DNA of 64,000 nt from an uncultured bacterium (GCA_963695335.1 OY968764.1:768001-832000); one strand, 5' to 3'; counted from the first letter of the stretch, positions 1-10,288 are shown. Notes: generated by a model from the sequence alone, not told the origin. Made by a program: numbers and translations.

Positions 1-804
1 ATGGTTGAAGTAGAAGAGCCTGCGTACAAAGTTATGTTGCTGGGTAAACCAAATGTGGGTAAATCATCATTGATGAATTTATTGCTTGAAAAAGAGCGTG
101 CAATTGTGTCTCCTGAAGCCGGAACAACACGCGAAGCACTTGCTGAACGTGTTACGTTTTATCAAGAAGATATTCAACTTTCTGATACCCCTGGTGTACG
201 TAGAATGCGTTCTGTCACCGAACCGCTTGAAGGTATGATGGTACAGAGCACTATGCAAGCTCTCAAAGGTTCTGATATTGTGTTGTTACTTATTGATGCA
301 AGCGCAGAATCAGTTGTGGATCAAGAATTAAAGCTTGCGTTTTATGCATTTGATAGCCAATATAAGGCTCTGATTATTTTATTCAATAAATATGACTTGG
401 TTGATGAAGGAACCAAAGTGCGCTTTGATCATGCTCTTTCAGAGTATGATTTCTTTTTAAAGAAAGTAGTAACGCTTAATATTTCTTGTAAAACAGGAAA
501 AAATGTTGGCAGAATCTTGCCTACGGTAAAAGAAGTGTGGGAGCGCTATTCACGTAAATTTAATCAAAATGAGTTAACGCAACTGTTTAAAGATGCATCG
601 GTAAAACGCCCATTGTACCATAATAAAAATTTGTTAATGTTCTTTTCTGCTCATCAGATCAACACTGCTCCAATTACTATTGTGATGCACGTGAACCAAC
701 CAACATGGTTTGGTGATTCGCAACTTGCGTATTTTGAAAAAGTTTTGCGTCAAGAATATGATTTGCGTGGTGTACCTGTTAAATTTATTGTGCGATCACG
801 GTAA
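1..804 (+). CDS. der: Ribosome biogenesis GTPase Der/EngA, C-terminal part (5'-truncated by window edge)
   Basis: GKPNVGKSS P-loop, GTTRE, DTPG and NKYD motifs of the second G domain, followed by a KH-like domain ending LRGVPVKF. Confidence 0.93.
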   Translation: MVEVEEPAYKVMLLGKPNVGKSSLMNLLLEKERAIVSPEAGTTREALAERVTFYQEDIQLSDTPGVRRMRSVTEPLEGMMVQSTMQALKGSDIVLLLIDASAESVVDQELKLAFYAFDSQYKALIILFNKYDLVDEGTKVRFDHALSEYDFFLKKVVTLNISCKTGKNVGRILPTVKEVWERYSRKFNQNELTQLFKDASVKRPLYHNKNLLMFFSAHQINTAPITIVMHVNQPTWFGDSQLAYFEKVLRQEYDLRGVPVKFIVRSR

Positions 805-837
805 TATAGTTTATTGTAAGTAAAAAAAGGAGTACTT

Positions 838-1188
838 ATGAATAAACGTATTGTTTTTCGTAATATGGATCATTCTGATGTTATGCAAGAGTATGCAAAT
901 GGTCAGCTGGAACGTGTAGTTGAGTTTTTACACGATGATCGTGGGCCAGTATTTATTGATCTTTATCTTGAACCAAGTCGTGTTCATAAGCATCATCGTG
1001 TTGAACTGCATGTTAAAAGTGCTGATTATAGTTTGAATTCATCGTATGAGCATGAAGGTATGGATTTTTATGCTACGCTTGATCGTGTGATTGATAATAT
1101 GTATTTGCAGTTACGTGAAGCAAAGCAGCGACATCATGATGAGAAGAAAAGTTGTGGACGACATGATGAGTTTAAAAAACAGCGTTAA
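838..1188 (+). CDS. hpf: Ribosome hibernation promoting factor / RaiA family
   Basis: FRNMDHSDVMQEYA...DFYATLDRVIDNMYLQL pattern; AGGAG RBS upstream. Confidence 0.85.
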   Translation: MNKRIVFRNMDHSDVMQEYANGQLERVVEFLHDDRGPVFIDLYLEPSRVHKHHRVELHVKSADYSLNSSYEHEGMDFYATLDRVIDNMYLQLREAKQRHHDEKKSCGRHDEFKKQR

Positions 1189-2274
1189 TTAGAGTAAATT
1201 AAATTGTTGATCTGCATATTGCAGCGCTTTAAAAGATAAAAGTAGTGTGCTGCAGATACACAACATTCCTAGAAAAGTACATAAAGTGCGAAGGTTTTTT
1301 GATTGAACCTGCGTACTTTTTTTTGTATAAAACAGTCCAAAAAATAATGCACATATGCTGGCCATGATCATAGTAAGTAATGGTGTGCTGATGATGTATG
1401 TGTATGCCAATAGATACGCCGTAATGATCATCATAAAAAGAGAGATAATGATTTCCAGCAATTCTTTTATTCTGATCTGTTTTTTCAGTTCTTCTCTAAA
1501 GAAATAATAAAAAGTGATAAGTACGCTTAAAAGAAAGAGTAAAATCGCAAAGTATTTTTTATGGTCAACGTGCAGTGATGCAGTAATAATGTACATTGTA
1601 GTGAGTATCATTAAGCTATAACGTTCAATAATTGTTGGTCTATGGCGTTTTTTTATTGGCTCGTAATCATCTATTACTGTAAATGTTGAATCAATTGTTT
1701 CATCGTTTTGTGGAGCTGTAGCGGAAAAAACCAAAGGAAACTGTAGGTGATTAATTTTTTTGTCTGCATGGCGATAATAGCTGCAATAAAGGTAAGCTGA
1801 ATGAGTATTTTTGTCATTTGTTGTCGCTCGTAGAGTGACGATAAAATCCTCATTAAAAATCTGTTTTGCTTCTTTAAATGATGAATCATAATGAGCAACA
1901 GTGGGTTTATTTGCTTTCCATGGCGATAGGGTAATGTGTGGATTATCAATTGAGCATGTAATAAAATCTTTGTAGATGAAATCTTTTTTGGGAATGGTGA
2001 AATTGATTGTTATTTCTTTGGTTTGAGTATCAATATCTGTTGCATTAAAGGATATAAGCCCTGGAGTTGATTTTCCAAGGCTTATGGTGAATAAAGGCAG
2101 TAGGATAATGTAGTTCCACGTTTGAAAAGTGTGTCCCGCGCTCGTCCTGAGCTTGTCGAAGGATTTCTTCGAGCGCTCAAGGATATTCTTCGACAGGCTC
2201 AGAACGAGCGCAATAAAATACAAAGATATAGAATATGCAATAATTACTACTCTATTTAACCGCATTAAATGCAT
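1189..2274 (-). CDS. Membrane protein with a DsbD N-terminal-like domain; carries an in-frame palindromic repeat A near the N-terminus
   Basis: INFTIPKKDFIYKDFI resembles the DsbD-N domain; several C-terminal TM helices; overlaps the bcp stop (start 2274 or 2265). Confidence 0.5.
   Translation of the reverse strand: MHLMRLNRVVIIAYSISLYFIALVLSLSKNILERSKKSFDKLRTSAGHTFQTWNYIILLPLFTISLGKSTPGLISFNATDIDTQTKEITINFTIPKKDFIYKDFITCSIDNPHITLSPWKANKPTVAHYDSSFKEAKQIFNEDFIVTLRATTNDKNTHSAYLYCSYYRHADKKINHLQFPLVFSATAPQNDETIDSTFTVIDDYEPIKKRHRPTIIERYSLMILTTMYIITASLHVDHKKYFAILLFLLSVLITFYYFFREELKKQIRIKELLEIIISLFMMIITAYLLAYTYIISTPLLTMIMASICALFFGLFYTKKSTQVQSKNLRTLCTFLGMLCICSTLLLSFKALQYADQQFNLL
2138..2211. repeat. 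Palindromic repeat family A, 74-bp inverted doublet (intragenic, in frame)
   Basis: GCGCTCGTCCTGAGCTTGTCGAAGGA...TTCTTCGACAGGCTCAGAACGAGCGC. Confidence 0.92.
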
Positions 2275-2773
2275 CTAATATCTGTTGTGCGTGATGTTTT
2301 GTGTCAACATCTTTAATAATTCCAACAATGAGGCCATATTCATTAACTAAAAAAGTCCAACGTTTTGGAAGGCCAAATATGTACCACCAAAATCCACGAT
2401 TAACGCCGTAATCTTTGAGTATTTGTTTTGTAGCAACAAGTAACGTGAATGGTAGACCTTTTTTTGCAATAAATTTCTGTTTACTTTTGACTGATCCTCT
2501 ACTCAAACCAAGAATAGTAATACCAGCTTCAGTTAATGCTGCATAATCATCGCGTAAACTGCATGCTTGTTCTGAGCATCCTGGGGTACTATCTTTTGGA
2601 TAAAAATAGAGTGCCACTTTTTGACCTTTAAAATCATCGAGTGTTACGGTTTCACCATTTTGATTTACTAAAGAAAAATTGGGAGCTCTATTGCCAATTT
2701 GCAGTTGTTTGGCTGAACAATGGAGCGCAGTAAAACAGATGAGGGCAGTGAGAAATAGTACGATCGCTTTCAT
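2252..2773 (-). CDS. bcp: Peroxiredoxin Bcp/PrxQ with signal peptide
   Basis: LYFYPKDSTPGCSEQAC motif. Confidence 0.92.
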   Translation of the reverse strand: MKAIVLFLTALICFTALHCSAKQLQIGNRAPNFSLVNQNGETVTLDDFKGQKVALYFYPKDSTPGCSEQACSLRDDYAALTEAGITILGLSRGSVKSKQKFIAKKGLPFTLLVATKQILKDYGVNRGFWWYIFGLPKRWTFLVNEYGLIVGIIKDVDTKHHAQQILDAFNAVK

Positions 2774-2816
2774 AGTGTTCCTTATATTATGGTTTTTTTA
2801 TTTAGTATACCATATT

Positions 2817-3746
2817 TTATGTTGTTTTGATTTCATTAATTTTCAAATTCCCCTTGATGCTATGAAGCGCAATAGTCGCTTCACCAGTCCCAATGGTTCC
2901 ATCCACCTCTTTTTTGAATTTATTCCATGCAGAGCTATTCAGTTGCGTTGCATAAGGTTTGAGGGTAATAACATGATCAGACAGAAGAGTGCCATGCGTT
3001 GTGTGTCCTTTAATTTCAGCATTGGTGTCTGTTGGTAAAGCAAGGGTGATGTGTCCTGATGTTGTATTCAGATCAATAGCGCTCGTAGATGGTAATTTTT
3101 TGTAAGCGACTGAAATTTTCCCTGATGTTGAATGTGCGTTAAAGCTATGAGCTATATTTTCCCCGTTGATGTTGCCGTAATGAGTATGTGCATCAACAGG
3201 TCCAAGAGCATGAGCAATGTTGATTGTTCCTTTTTTAAGTGTGCGGGCAGATACTGTTTTTTTGCTGTTGGAGATGGTAATATTATCATTGGTGACAACA
3301 TTAATGGATCCATGAACGTTTTTTATAGACGCATCCCCGTTTTCTGACACGTTAACTGTAATATCAAGAGATGCGGGAATAATAAGTTCATATTCAACTA
3401 ATCCGACGAGTTTTTGATTGATATGTTTGGTGGTGATTGCCAGATGGTCAGTTGTGTTTGCATCAACAACAATTTTAATATGATCTAAATCTTCTTCTTT
3501 TTTTGCACGTTTTGTGGTTTTGAGAAATATTGAGTTTTTTTTCCATGTTTTGATACTGATTGGACCATTAATATTATTAATTGATATGTTATGAATTGAT
3601 GTTGTCGGTAATTCGCGTTGATCAACTTTTTCAAGTTTATAACCAGTAAGAAGCGATGTGATTTTTTGCAAAGGGGATTGCTTGTTCGTTGCGCAGAAGG
3701 ATGAGATAGTTGTTGATAAGAGTATTATATATATTGTTTTATTCAT
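2817..3746 (-). CDS. DUF4097 / putative adhesin beta-strand repeat protein, secreted
   Basis: Signal peptide; repeated T-x-x-G-x-I motifs (THYGNI, STSGKI, TTSGHI, TTHGTL, SIKGNL). Confidence 0.7.
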   Translation of the reverse strand: MNKTIYIILLSTTISSFCATNKQSPLQKITSLLTGYKLEKVDQRELPTTSIHNISINNINGPISIKTWKKNSIFLKTTKRAKKEEDLDHIKIVVDANTTDHLAITTKHINQKLVGLVEYELIIPASLDITVNVSENGDASIKNVHGSINVVTNDNITISNSKKTVSARTLKKGTINIAHALGPVDAHTHYGNINGENIAHSFNAHSTSGKISVAYKKLPSTSAIDLNTTSGHITLALPTDTNAEIKGHTTHGTLLSDHVITLKPYATQLNSSAWNKFKKEVDGTIGTGEATIALHSIKGNLKINEIKTT

Positions 3747-3838
3747 CGGGTATCCTTTTTATAAAAGTAATGTGTTTGTAATATACAAAAAATGTTGTGC
3801 TCATTCAAAGAATAGTCGTAGTGCAATCAGGAGATGAA

Positions 3839-5218
3839 ATGAAATTAGTAAGTCAGCAGTCTGAAAAGATATATGCAATTGCGCAGGCAATTGCTCAGCA
3901 CAAAGGACGTGCATTGCTTGTTGGTGGTGCGGTGCGTGATATGACAATGAATCGTCCTGTTAAAGATATAGACATAGAAGTTTATGGTCTCTCTGAACAA
4001 CAATTGGAACAATTGTTATCTCAATTTGGACCAGTGAGCTTGGTAGGTAAAGCGTTTGGAGTGCTACGTATTCATGGTCTTGATGTTGATTGGTCTTTGC
4101 CACGTGCAGATAGTCCAGGACGTAAGCCAACAGTGGTTATTGATCCGCATATGCCAATTGAGGTTGCTGCGCGTCGCAGAGATTTGACGATGAATGCAAT
4201 GGCTTTTGATCTCATGATCAATGAATTAATCGATCCGTGTGATGGAATAAGCGATATTAAACATAAGATATTGCGTACTCCTGATGCACGTTTTTTTATT
4301 CAAGATCCGTTACGTTTTTACCGTGTGATGCAATTTATTGGACGTTTTGAGATGTGCCCCGATGATGAGTTGAATACATTATGTGCGGAAATGGATATTG
4401 CACAGATTTCACGCGAGCGTATTGAAGAAGAATTTAGAAAACTGTTTTTATTTTCACGGCGCCCATCGCTTGGTATCCGTTGGTTGTATACAATTGGACG
4501 TTTACATGATGTACTGCCAGAACTTGCTGCAACTGTTGGCATTGAGCAAGAGCCAAAATGGCATCCAGAAGGCGATGTGTTTGAGCATACAATGCAGGCA
4601 ATTGATGCTGCTGTAGAATTAATAGGCAAGTATGATAATGAATTTGATAAGCTTGTTTTAGTGTACGCCGCATTGTGTCATGATTTGGGAAAAGTTACAA
4701 CAACTATTGAAGTTAATGGTGTTATTAAAAGTATTGGGCATGAAAAAGAGAGTAAAAAGTTTGCGCGTACAATGATGAAGCGTATTACGCATAATGTTGA
4801 TCTGATTAATGCGGTTTCATCGCTTGTGTTGCATCACATGACACCATTGCAGTTTATTACTAATAATGCAAAAATGCCTGCATATAAACGATTGGCAAAT
4901 AAGTTAGCTCATAATGTTAATGTACTCATGCTCATTGATCTGTGCATTGCTGATAAACGTGGCAGAAATGGAAACAGTCATGAACCTTTGACGTGTGATT
5001 TTCCTGATGTAGAACTGTTTAGAGAAAAAGTTTTGCAGGCAGGGGTTTCTACCAGTGCAGTTGAGCCATTATTAAAAGGTGTAGATCTTCTTGATGTTGT
5101 GCAGCCAGGACCAAAAATGGGGCAGTTGTTAAAATTAGCGTATGAAAAGCAGATTGATGATGGTGTTACTGATAAAGACATTTTGAAAGAGTTTGTTAGA
5201 AGAATGGTTAAAAAGTGA
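3839..5218 (+). CDS. cca: CCA tRNA nucleotidyltransferase with HD domain
   Basis: VGGAVRD, DIDIE, RRDLTMNA, DPLR, ERI, HPEGDVFEHT, HDLGK; ATG 3839 chosen after AGGAG. Confidence 0.9.
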   Translation: MKLVSQQSEKIYAIAQAIAQHKGRALLVGGAVRDMTMNRPVKDIDIEVYGLSEQQLEQLLSQFGPVSLVGKAFGVLRIHGLDVDWSLPRADSPGRKPTVVIDPHMPIEVAARRRDLTMNAMAFDLMINELIDPCDGISDIKHKILRTPDARFFIQDPLRFYRVMQFIGRFEMCPDDELNTLCAEMDIAQISRERIEEEFRKLFLFSRRPSLGIRWLYTIGRLHDVLPELAATVGIEQEPKWHPEGDVFEHTMQAIDAAVELIGKYDNEFDKLVLVYAALCHDLGKVTTTIEVNGVIKSIGHEKESKKFARTMMKRITHNVDLINAVSSLVLHHMTPLQFITNNAKMPAYKRLANKLAHNVNVLMLIDLCIADKRGRNGNSHEPLTCDFPDVELFREKVLQAGVSTSAVEPLLKGVDLLDVVQPGPKMGQLLKLAYEKQIDDGVTDKDILKEFVRRMVKK

Positions 5219-5229
5219 TATTTTTCTTA

Positions 5230-5303
5230 GTGCTCATTCTGAGCTTGTCGAAGGATATCTTTGAGCGCTCTAAGATATTCTTCGACAAGCTCAGAATGAG
5301 CAC
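5230..5303. repeat. Palindromic repeat family A doublet (intergenic)
   Basis: GTGCTCATTCTGAGCTTGTCGAAGG...CTTCGACAAGCTCAGAATGAGCAC; outer stem shows compensatory changes relative to other copies. Confidence 0.92.
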
Positions 5304-5372
5304 GGCGATAAATTGTTATGCAAAATATGAAAAAAAAGCTATAATCATGCATAAAATTTACAATATATATTA

Positions 5373-6350
5373 ACGTGAGTTCGATCTAAGAAAATTTTAA
5401 AAAAAAATTCATTACGATATCCTTTTAAAAACAATCAAACTTAAAAAAGGGTATTGTAATGAATTTGACTACTATTTTCTACCATTGTGATGAATTTTGC
5501 AAATTTTTTGAAAAAGAGTTTCCAATCCGTGTTCTTTCTGATGGGAAAAATATTAGAAAAAGGAATGGATCTTTAAAGCTTAGTGAAACTATGACGATTG
5601 TCATTTATTATCAGCAATCTGGCTATAAAACATTCAAGGATTATTACACAAAAAGTGATGAATTAAAATCAGCGTTCCCTGGTCTTACAAGCTATAATCG
5701 TTTTGTAGAATTACAACAAAAAATTACAATGCCTTTAGCTATTTTTACAAAATTATATGCGCTTGGAAAATGTGATGGCAATTCATACATTGACAGTTTT
5801 TCACTGTCTGTAAGTCATCAAAAAAGAATATCTTCTCATAAAACCTTTAAAGGATTAGCCGCTCGAGGAAAAACAAGTGTGGGTTGGTTTTACGGATTCA
5901 AAGTTCATGTAATTATCAATGGTTGGGGAGAAATTATTGATTTTTGTATCACCTCAGGAAATGTTGTTGATAATAATACAAAAGTTATTGAAAAAATAAC
6001 TGAAAAAATTCATGGAAAAGTTTATGGAGATAAAGGCTATTTGCTTAATTCAGAACTGTTTCAAAAGCTTTACTCTAAAGGCATTCATATTGTTACAAAA
6101 ATTCGAAATAATATGAAAAATAAGCTTATGGATGTTAAAGATAAAATCATGTTAAAAAAACGTGGAATCATTGAGTCTGTTGGAGCAATTCTTAAGGAGG
6201 ATCTTAATATTGAACATTCACGATATCGTAGTCCAAGATCATTGATTATAAATGTATTTGCAGCTTTAGCTTCTTACGGATTTCGAAAAAAAAAGCCATC
6301 AATATACAAAAAAAGCTTTTTTCTATTGACGGCTTAGATCGAACTCACGT
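5373..6350 (+). mobile_element. IS982-family insertion sequence, intact
   Basis: 18-bp terminal IRs ACGTGAGTTCGATCTAAG (5373-5390) / CTTAGATCGAACTCACGT (6333-6350); 7-bp TSD TATATTA at 5366-5372 and 6351-6357. Confidence 0.93.
5459..6337 (+). CDS. IS982-family DDE transposase
   Basis: SYNRFVE, IDS, GWFYGFKVH, GDKGY, KRGIIES motifs; stop codon lies within the right IR. Confidence 0.92.
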   Translation: MNLTTIFYHCDEFCKFFEKEFPIRVLSDGKNIRKRNGSLKLSETMTIVIYYQQSGYKTFKDYYTKSDELKSAFPGLTSYNRFVELQQKITMPLAIFTKLYALGKCDGNSYIDSFSLSVSHQKRISSHKTFKGLAARGKTSVGWFYGFKVHVIINGWGEIIDFCITSGNVVDNNTKVIEKITEKIHGKVYGDKGYLLNSELFQKLYSKGIHIVTKIRNNMKNKLMDVKDKIMLKKRGIIESVGAILKEDLNIEHSRYRSPRSLIINVFAALASYGFRKKKPSIYKKSFFLLTA

Positions 6351-6379
6351 TATATTATTAATCAAATGAAGGTTTTCTG

Positions 6380-6883
6380 ATGAATATAGCTTACAAAAAA
6401 CTGTCGGCAGTGATTTTTTCTGCAATGGTAACAGCTTCTATGCATGGTATGGAAGATATGGGAGAAGTAACAATAGAGCAAGTGACTCCTGCTGTGTGGT
6501 ATAGAAAAGGATCAGTGCAAGCTGCAGTGGTGGCAACAACAGCATTGGTTGTGGCTGTGGTAGCTCTTCGTGCAGGAAAATTAGCAATACCAGCTTTTAT
6601 GGCAGTGTTGGTTGGAACATCACAAACTGTTGCGGGCCTAGCACCAAACTCTGATGTTTCTGATGAAATCTCAGGACAAACTACTGAAGTTAACAACCAA
6701 GAGATTAAAGTAGGCGAAACTGCAGGGGCGTTGGAATCAACCAATGTACCTCGTAATGTGTTAGACGAAGTAACGGACTTTGTTAAAAATATAAAAATTC
6801 CGGTATGGAATCATCGTAAAGATGTTACAGAAAGTATGACTGCAGATGAATTTGAGCAAATAAATGAAGAATTAGTAAGATAA
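6380..6883 (+). CDS. Hypothetical exported/membrane protein
   Basis: Signal-like N-terminus ending MHGME; a second hydrophobic segment. Confidence 0.6.
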   Translation: MNIAYKKLSAVIFSAMVTASMHGMEDMGEVTIEQVTPAVWYRKGSVQAAVVATTALVVAVVALRAGKLAIPAFMAVLVGTSQTVAGLAPNSDVSDEISGQTTEVNNQEIKVGETAGALESTNVPRNVLDEVTDFVKNIKIPVWNHRKDVTESMTADEFEQINEELVR

Positions 6884-6907
6884 GTTTCATTCTTATTCAG
6901 CAATTAT

Positions 6908-6955
6908 AAAAGTGTGCTTTTGGGCCTGGCAGGTCTGAAAAAGCACACTTTTTTT
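6908..6955 (+). terminator. Rho-independent terminator-like hairpin
   Basis: AAAAGTGTGCTTTT...AAAAGCACACTTTT followed by a T run. Confidence 0.55.
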
Positions 6956-7015
6956 GTCTATCGCAATATGTATATTTGTGCTAAAATTATTCCTATAAGT
7001 TATAGGAAAATTATT

Positions 7016-8665
7016 ATGAATAGTATTGACCGAATTCAAAAAGCATTTAATGAACACCTTAAACAGTTATTTCAGCATACTGAAATAACTTCTGATCAAA
7101 CCAAGTTACATATCAATGTTGACGAATCAAAGCAGGCGTTTGGCAATCTTTCAACAAGCATAGCATTGGTGTTAGCCAAAGCATTAAAGCGTGTTCCACG
7201 AGAAGTGGCAACGGAAATTGCAACATTTACCCATCCATTAATAGAAAAAATAGAGATAGCAGGTCCTGGGTTTATTAATATTTATTTTAAGCCAGAAACA
7301 TTTAAACTCCTTGCCAAAGAACTGTACGAACAAAAAGAAACATTCTTTAAACCTGACACATTAGAAAAAAAATATAATGTTTCACTTGAATTTGTGAGTG
7401 CAAATCCAACTGGCCCATTGCATTTTGGTCATGGTAGGGGTGGTATTATTGGTGATGTGCTCGGTAATGTACTCCGTTTTGTAGGTCACAATGTTACGAA
7501 AGAATTTTATATCAATGATGCGGGTAACCAGATACAAAAATTAGGCGAATCATTCAAAGTGCGTTGTTTGCAAGCAGCGGGAATGGATGCAACTATCCCA
7601 GAAGATGGGTATCATGGACAGTATTTGGCTGATCTTGCGCAAGACTGTTACGCAGAATTTGGGCAAAAGTTGTTTGAAAAGCCCGATTCTTTTTTTGCTG
7701 AATATGCCAAAGATAATCTTTTGCAGGCACTACAAAATACACTTAAAGATTATGGCATTGAGTATGATGTTTGGTTCTCTGAAAAAACGCTGCATGCAAG
7801 TGATGCAATACCCAAAGCGTTAAAAGTTTTGCAAGCACATGGTTTACTGTTTGAGCACGATGGGGCTTTGTGGTTTAAGACAACTCAATTTGGTGATGAC
7901 AAAGACCGTGTGGTACAAAAATCAACGGGTGAATATACCTATATTGCCGCCGATATTGCGTATCTACAAAATAAGATTGATCGTGGAGCTGATAATGTGA
8001 TGATGGTTCTTGGTCATGATCATCATAGTTATGTAATGCGTCTTAACGCAGTCAAAAATGGACTTGGTTACACAGACCTTCCACTTTCAGTGATTTTGTA
8101 CCAGCTGGTTAAAATATCAGAAGGTGGGGCATTGGTACGTATGTCAAAACGTGCTGGGGCAATTGTTGGTTTGCAAGACATTATCGATACGGTTGGCAAA
8201 GATGTTGCTCGCTTTTTTTATTTAAACCGTAAAGCGGATGCACAGCTTGAGTTTGATCTTGAGTTAGCGCTTAAAAAAACAGAAGAAAATCCGGTGTATT
8301 ATGTACAATATGCATATGTGCGCACGGGTAGTATTTTGGCAAAAGCGGTGGCGCAAACAGAATTGAGTAATATTACCGCTGCAGATGCGCAGCATATTGG
8401 TCAAGAAGAAGCGTTTTTACTCAAAAAGATAGTGTTTCTTGAGCAACTGTTGATGGATATTACCATAAATCATCAGACACATTTGTTGACCTATTATGTG
8501 CTTGAGCTTGCACAGCTGTTCCACCGTTATTATAGTCATGTGCGTGTTATTGATATGGAAAATATTGAAAAAAGCCGAGCACGTTTGCTGATGATCGGTT
8601 TATTAAGAAATACGATTGCGCTTGTCTTGGATATTCTTGGGGTGAGTCATCCAGAAAAAATGTGA
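7016..8665 (+). CDS. argS: Arginine--tRNA ligase
   Basis: EFVSANPTGPLHFGHGR (HIGH), MSKRAG, YVQYAYVR; start taken at ATG 7016. Confidence 0.96.
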   Translation: MNSIDRIQKAFNEHLKQLFQHTEITSDQTKLHINVDESKQAFGNLSTSIALVLAKALKRVPREVATEIATFTHPLIEKIEIAGPGFINIYFKPETFKLLAKELYEQKETFFKPDTLEKKYNVSLEFVSANPTGPLHFGHGRGGIIGDVLGNVLRFVGHNVTKEFYINDAGNQIQKLGESFKVRCLQAAGMDATIPEDGYHGQYLADLAQDCYAEFGQKLFEKPDSFFAEYAKDNLLQALQNTLKDYGIEYDVWFSEKTLHASDAIPKALKVLQAHGLLFEHDGALWFKTTQFGDDKDRVVQKSTGEYTYIAADIAYLQNKIDRGADNVMMVLGHDHHSYVMRLNAVKNGLGYTDLPLSVILYQLVKISEGGALVRMSKRAGAIVGLQDIIDTVGKDVARFFYLNRKADAQLEFDLELALKKTEENPVYYVQYAYVRTGSILAKAVAQTELSNITAADAQHIGQEEAFLLKKIVFLEQLLMDITINHQTHLLTYYVLELAQLFHRYYSHVRVIDMENIEKSRARLLMIGLLRNTIALVLDILGVSHPEKM

Positions 8666-8671
8666 GTTAAC

Positions 8672-8811
8672 GCGCTCGTCCTGAGCTTGTCGAAGGATAT
8701 CTTTGAGTGCGTTTAATTCTTCAACCTGCCTTCGCCAAGGCTATGGCAGGCACGGCAAGTTCTCAAGGCAGGTGTTTACTGCTGAGCTTGACGAAGCATC
8801 AGAATGAGCGC
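8672..8811. repeat. Composite repeat: A doublet whose right arm is interrupted by a B copy (8725-8755) and a further A-like core
   Basis: ...TTCTTCAA|CCTGCCTTCGCCAAGGCTATGGCAGGCACGG...GTTTACTGCTGAGCTTGACGAAGCA|TCAGAATGAGCGC. Confidence 0.85.
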
Positions 8812-8901
8812 CTTGAAGAAAAACTTGATAACTGTTGATAAAATGCCTATTTGTGGCACAATTAAAAATATAAGAATTATATAAATATATAGGAAGATCT
8901 T

Positions 8902-9495
8902 ATGAAAATAGATAAAGAAGTATTGCAAGAATTAAGAGATCATACTGGTCTTGGTCTTATGGATTGCCGTAAAGCATTGGAAGAAACAGCGGGCGATTTT
9001 CAACAAGCATTAGATTTGCTTCGTAAAAAAGGCGCAGCAGTTGCAGCTAAACGTTCTGATAAAGAAACTGGCGAAGGTATTATCAAGGCGTACGTTCATC
9101 CAGGTGATCGCATTGGTGTTTTACTCGAAATTAATTGCGAAACTGATTTTGTTGCAAATACTGAAGCTGTAAGACAGTTTGCACAAGATCTTTGTTTACA
9201 AATTGTTGCAAATAAAGCAATGTATGTATCATCTGAACAAGTTGATCAAGATTTATTAGCAAAAGAAAAAGAGATTTTTAGAGCTCAAATGGTAGATTCA
9301 GGTAAGCCTGACAAGATTATCGACCAAGTAGTTGAAGGTAAAGTTAAAAAACTTTACAGCGATATTTGCCTTCTTGAACAACCGTTTATCAAAAATGACC
9401 AATTCACTGTTAAACAGGTGTTAGAAGACTTGATTGCCAAAACCGGTGAAAGTGTACGTATTAGAAGATTTTGCCGCTTTGAATTAGGCAAGTAA
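8902..9495 (+). CDS. tsf: Elongation factor Ts (short form)
   Basis: LRDHTGLGLMDCRKAL, EINCETDFVA. Confidence 0.97.
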   Translation: MKIDKEVLQELRDHTGLGLMDCRKALEETAGDFQQALDLLRKKGAAVAAKRSDKETGEGIIKAYVHPGDRIGVLLEINCETDFVANTEAVRQFAQDLCLQIVANKAMYVSSEQVDQDLLAKEKEIFRAQMVDSGKPDKIIDQVVEGKVKKLYSDICLLEQPFIKNDQFTVKQVLEDLIAKTGESVRIRRFCRFELGK

Positions 9496-9516
9496 CAGCA
9501 GATAAGGGGCACTATT

Positions 9517-10104
9517 ATGTCAGAGATTATTTTAATAGAAAATGATATAAAAAGTTTCCAAAAACCAATGGAAATTGAGATGGAAAATCCGCTCAGACAT
9601 TTTGAGCGTGAATTGGTTAAAATTCGTACAGGTAGAGCGCATACATCGATGATTGAAGATATTCCTGTGATGGTGTATGGACAAGATTCAGTGCCGCTCA
9701 AAGGGCTTGGCACTGTTTCAGCTCCCGATGCGCGTTTGTTGACAGTACAACCATGGGATTCATCAATTATTTCTGATATTGAAAAAGCGATTGTTGCAGC
9801 AGGTGTTGGTGTTTCTCCAGTTAATGATGGCAAAATCATTAGATTACGTTTGCCTGAGATGAGTTCTGAAAGACGTGAAGAGTTAGTAAAAATGCTTCAC
9901 AAAAAGCTTGAAGAATGCCGAGTTATCATTAGAAACGTTCGTAAAGACTTTAAAAATCTTATTACTGACGCTAAAAAAGATAAGAAAATTTCTGAAAATT
10001 TCTACAATAGATTGGAAGAAGTATTGCAAAAAATTACTGATTCATACATTGAAAAAGTAGAAAGCATGTCTAAGAAAAAAGAAGTAGAATTATCTACGGT
10101 CTAA
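9517..10104 (+). CDS. frr: Ribosome recycling factor
   Basis: IRTGRA, QPWD, NDGKIIR, ERREELVK, IRNVRKD. Confidence 0.96.
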   Translation: MSEIILIENDIKSFQKPMEIEMENPLRHFERELVKIRTGRAHTSMIEDIPVMVYGQDSVPLKGLGTVSAPDARLLTVQPWDSSIISDIEKAIVAAGVGVSPVNDGKIIRLRLPEMSSERREELVKMLHKKLEECRVIIRNVRKDFKNLITDAKKDKKISENFYNRLEEVLQKITDSYIEKVESMSKKKEVELSTV

Positions 10105-10132
10105 AATTCTTAGCAGAATGAATATAAAGAGA

Positions 10133-10166
10133 GCGAGTGATTATTTTTATAATCGCTCGCTTTTTT
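10133..10166 (+). terminator. Rho-independent terminator after frr
   Basis: GCGAGTGATTAT-TTTT-ATAATCGCTCGC followed by T6. Confidence 0.75.
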
Positions 10167-10207
10167 GTTGGTAGAGAGTGTAAGGTAAGCTTAAATTATG
10201 AAATCCT

Positions 10208-10276
10208 GCGCTCATTCTGAACTTGTTGAAGAATTAAGCGCTCGAAGATATCCTTCGACAAGCTCAGGACGAGCGC
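10208..10276. repeat. Palindromic repeat family A doublet (shortened centre)
   Basis: GCGCTCATTCTGAACTTGTTGAAG...CCTTCGACAAGCTCAGGACGAGCGC. Confidence 0.9.
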
Positions 10277-10288
10277 AGCGAAGGAATC

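Noticed and set aside
5230..5303. Repeats A or B as MITEs of the IS982 or IS5 elements
   Set aside because: No similarity to either element's terminal IRs and no matching TSDs.
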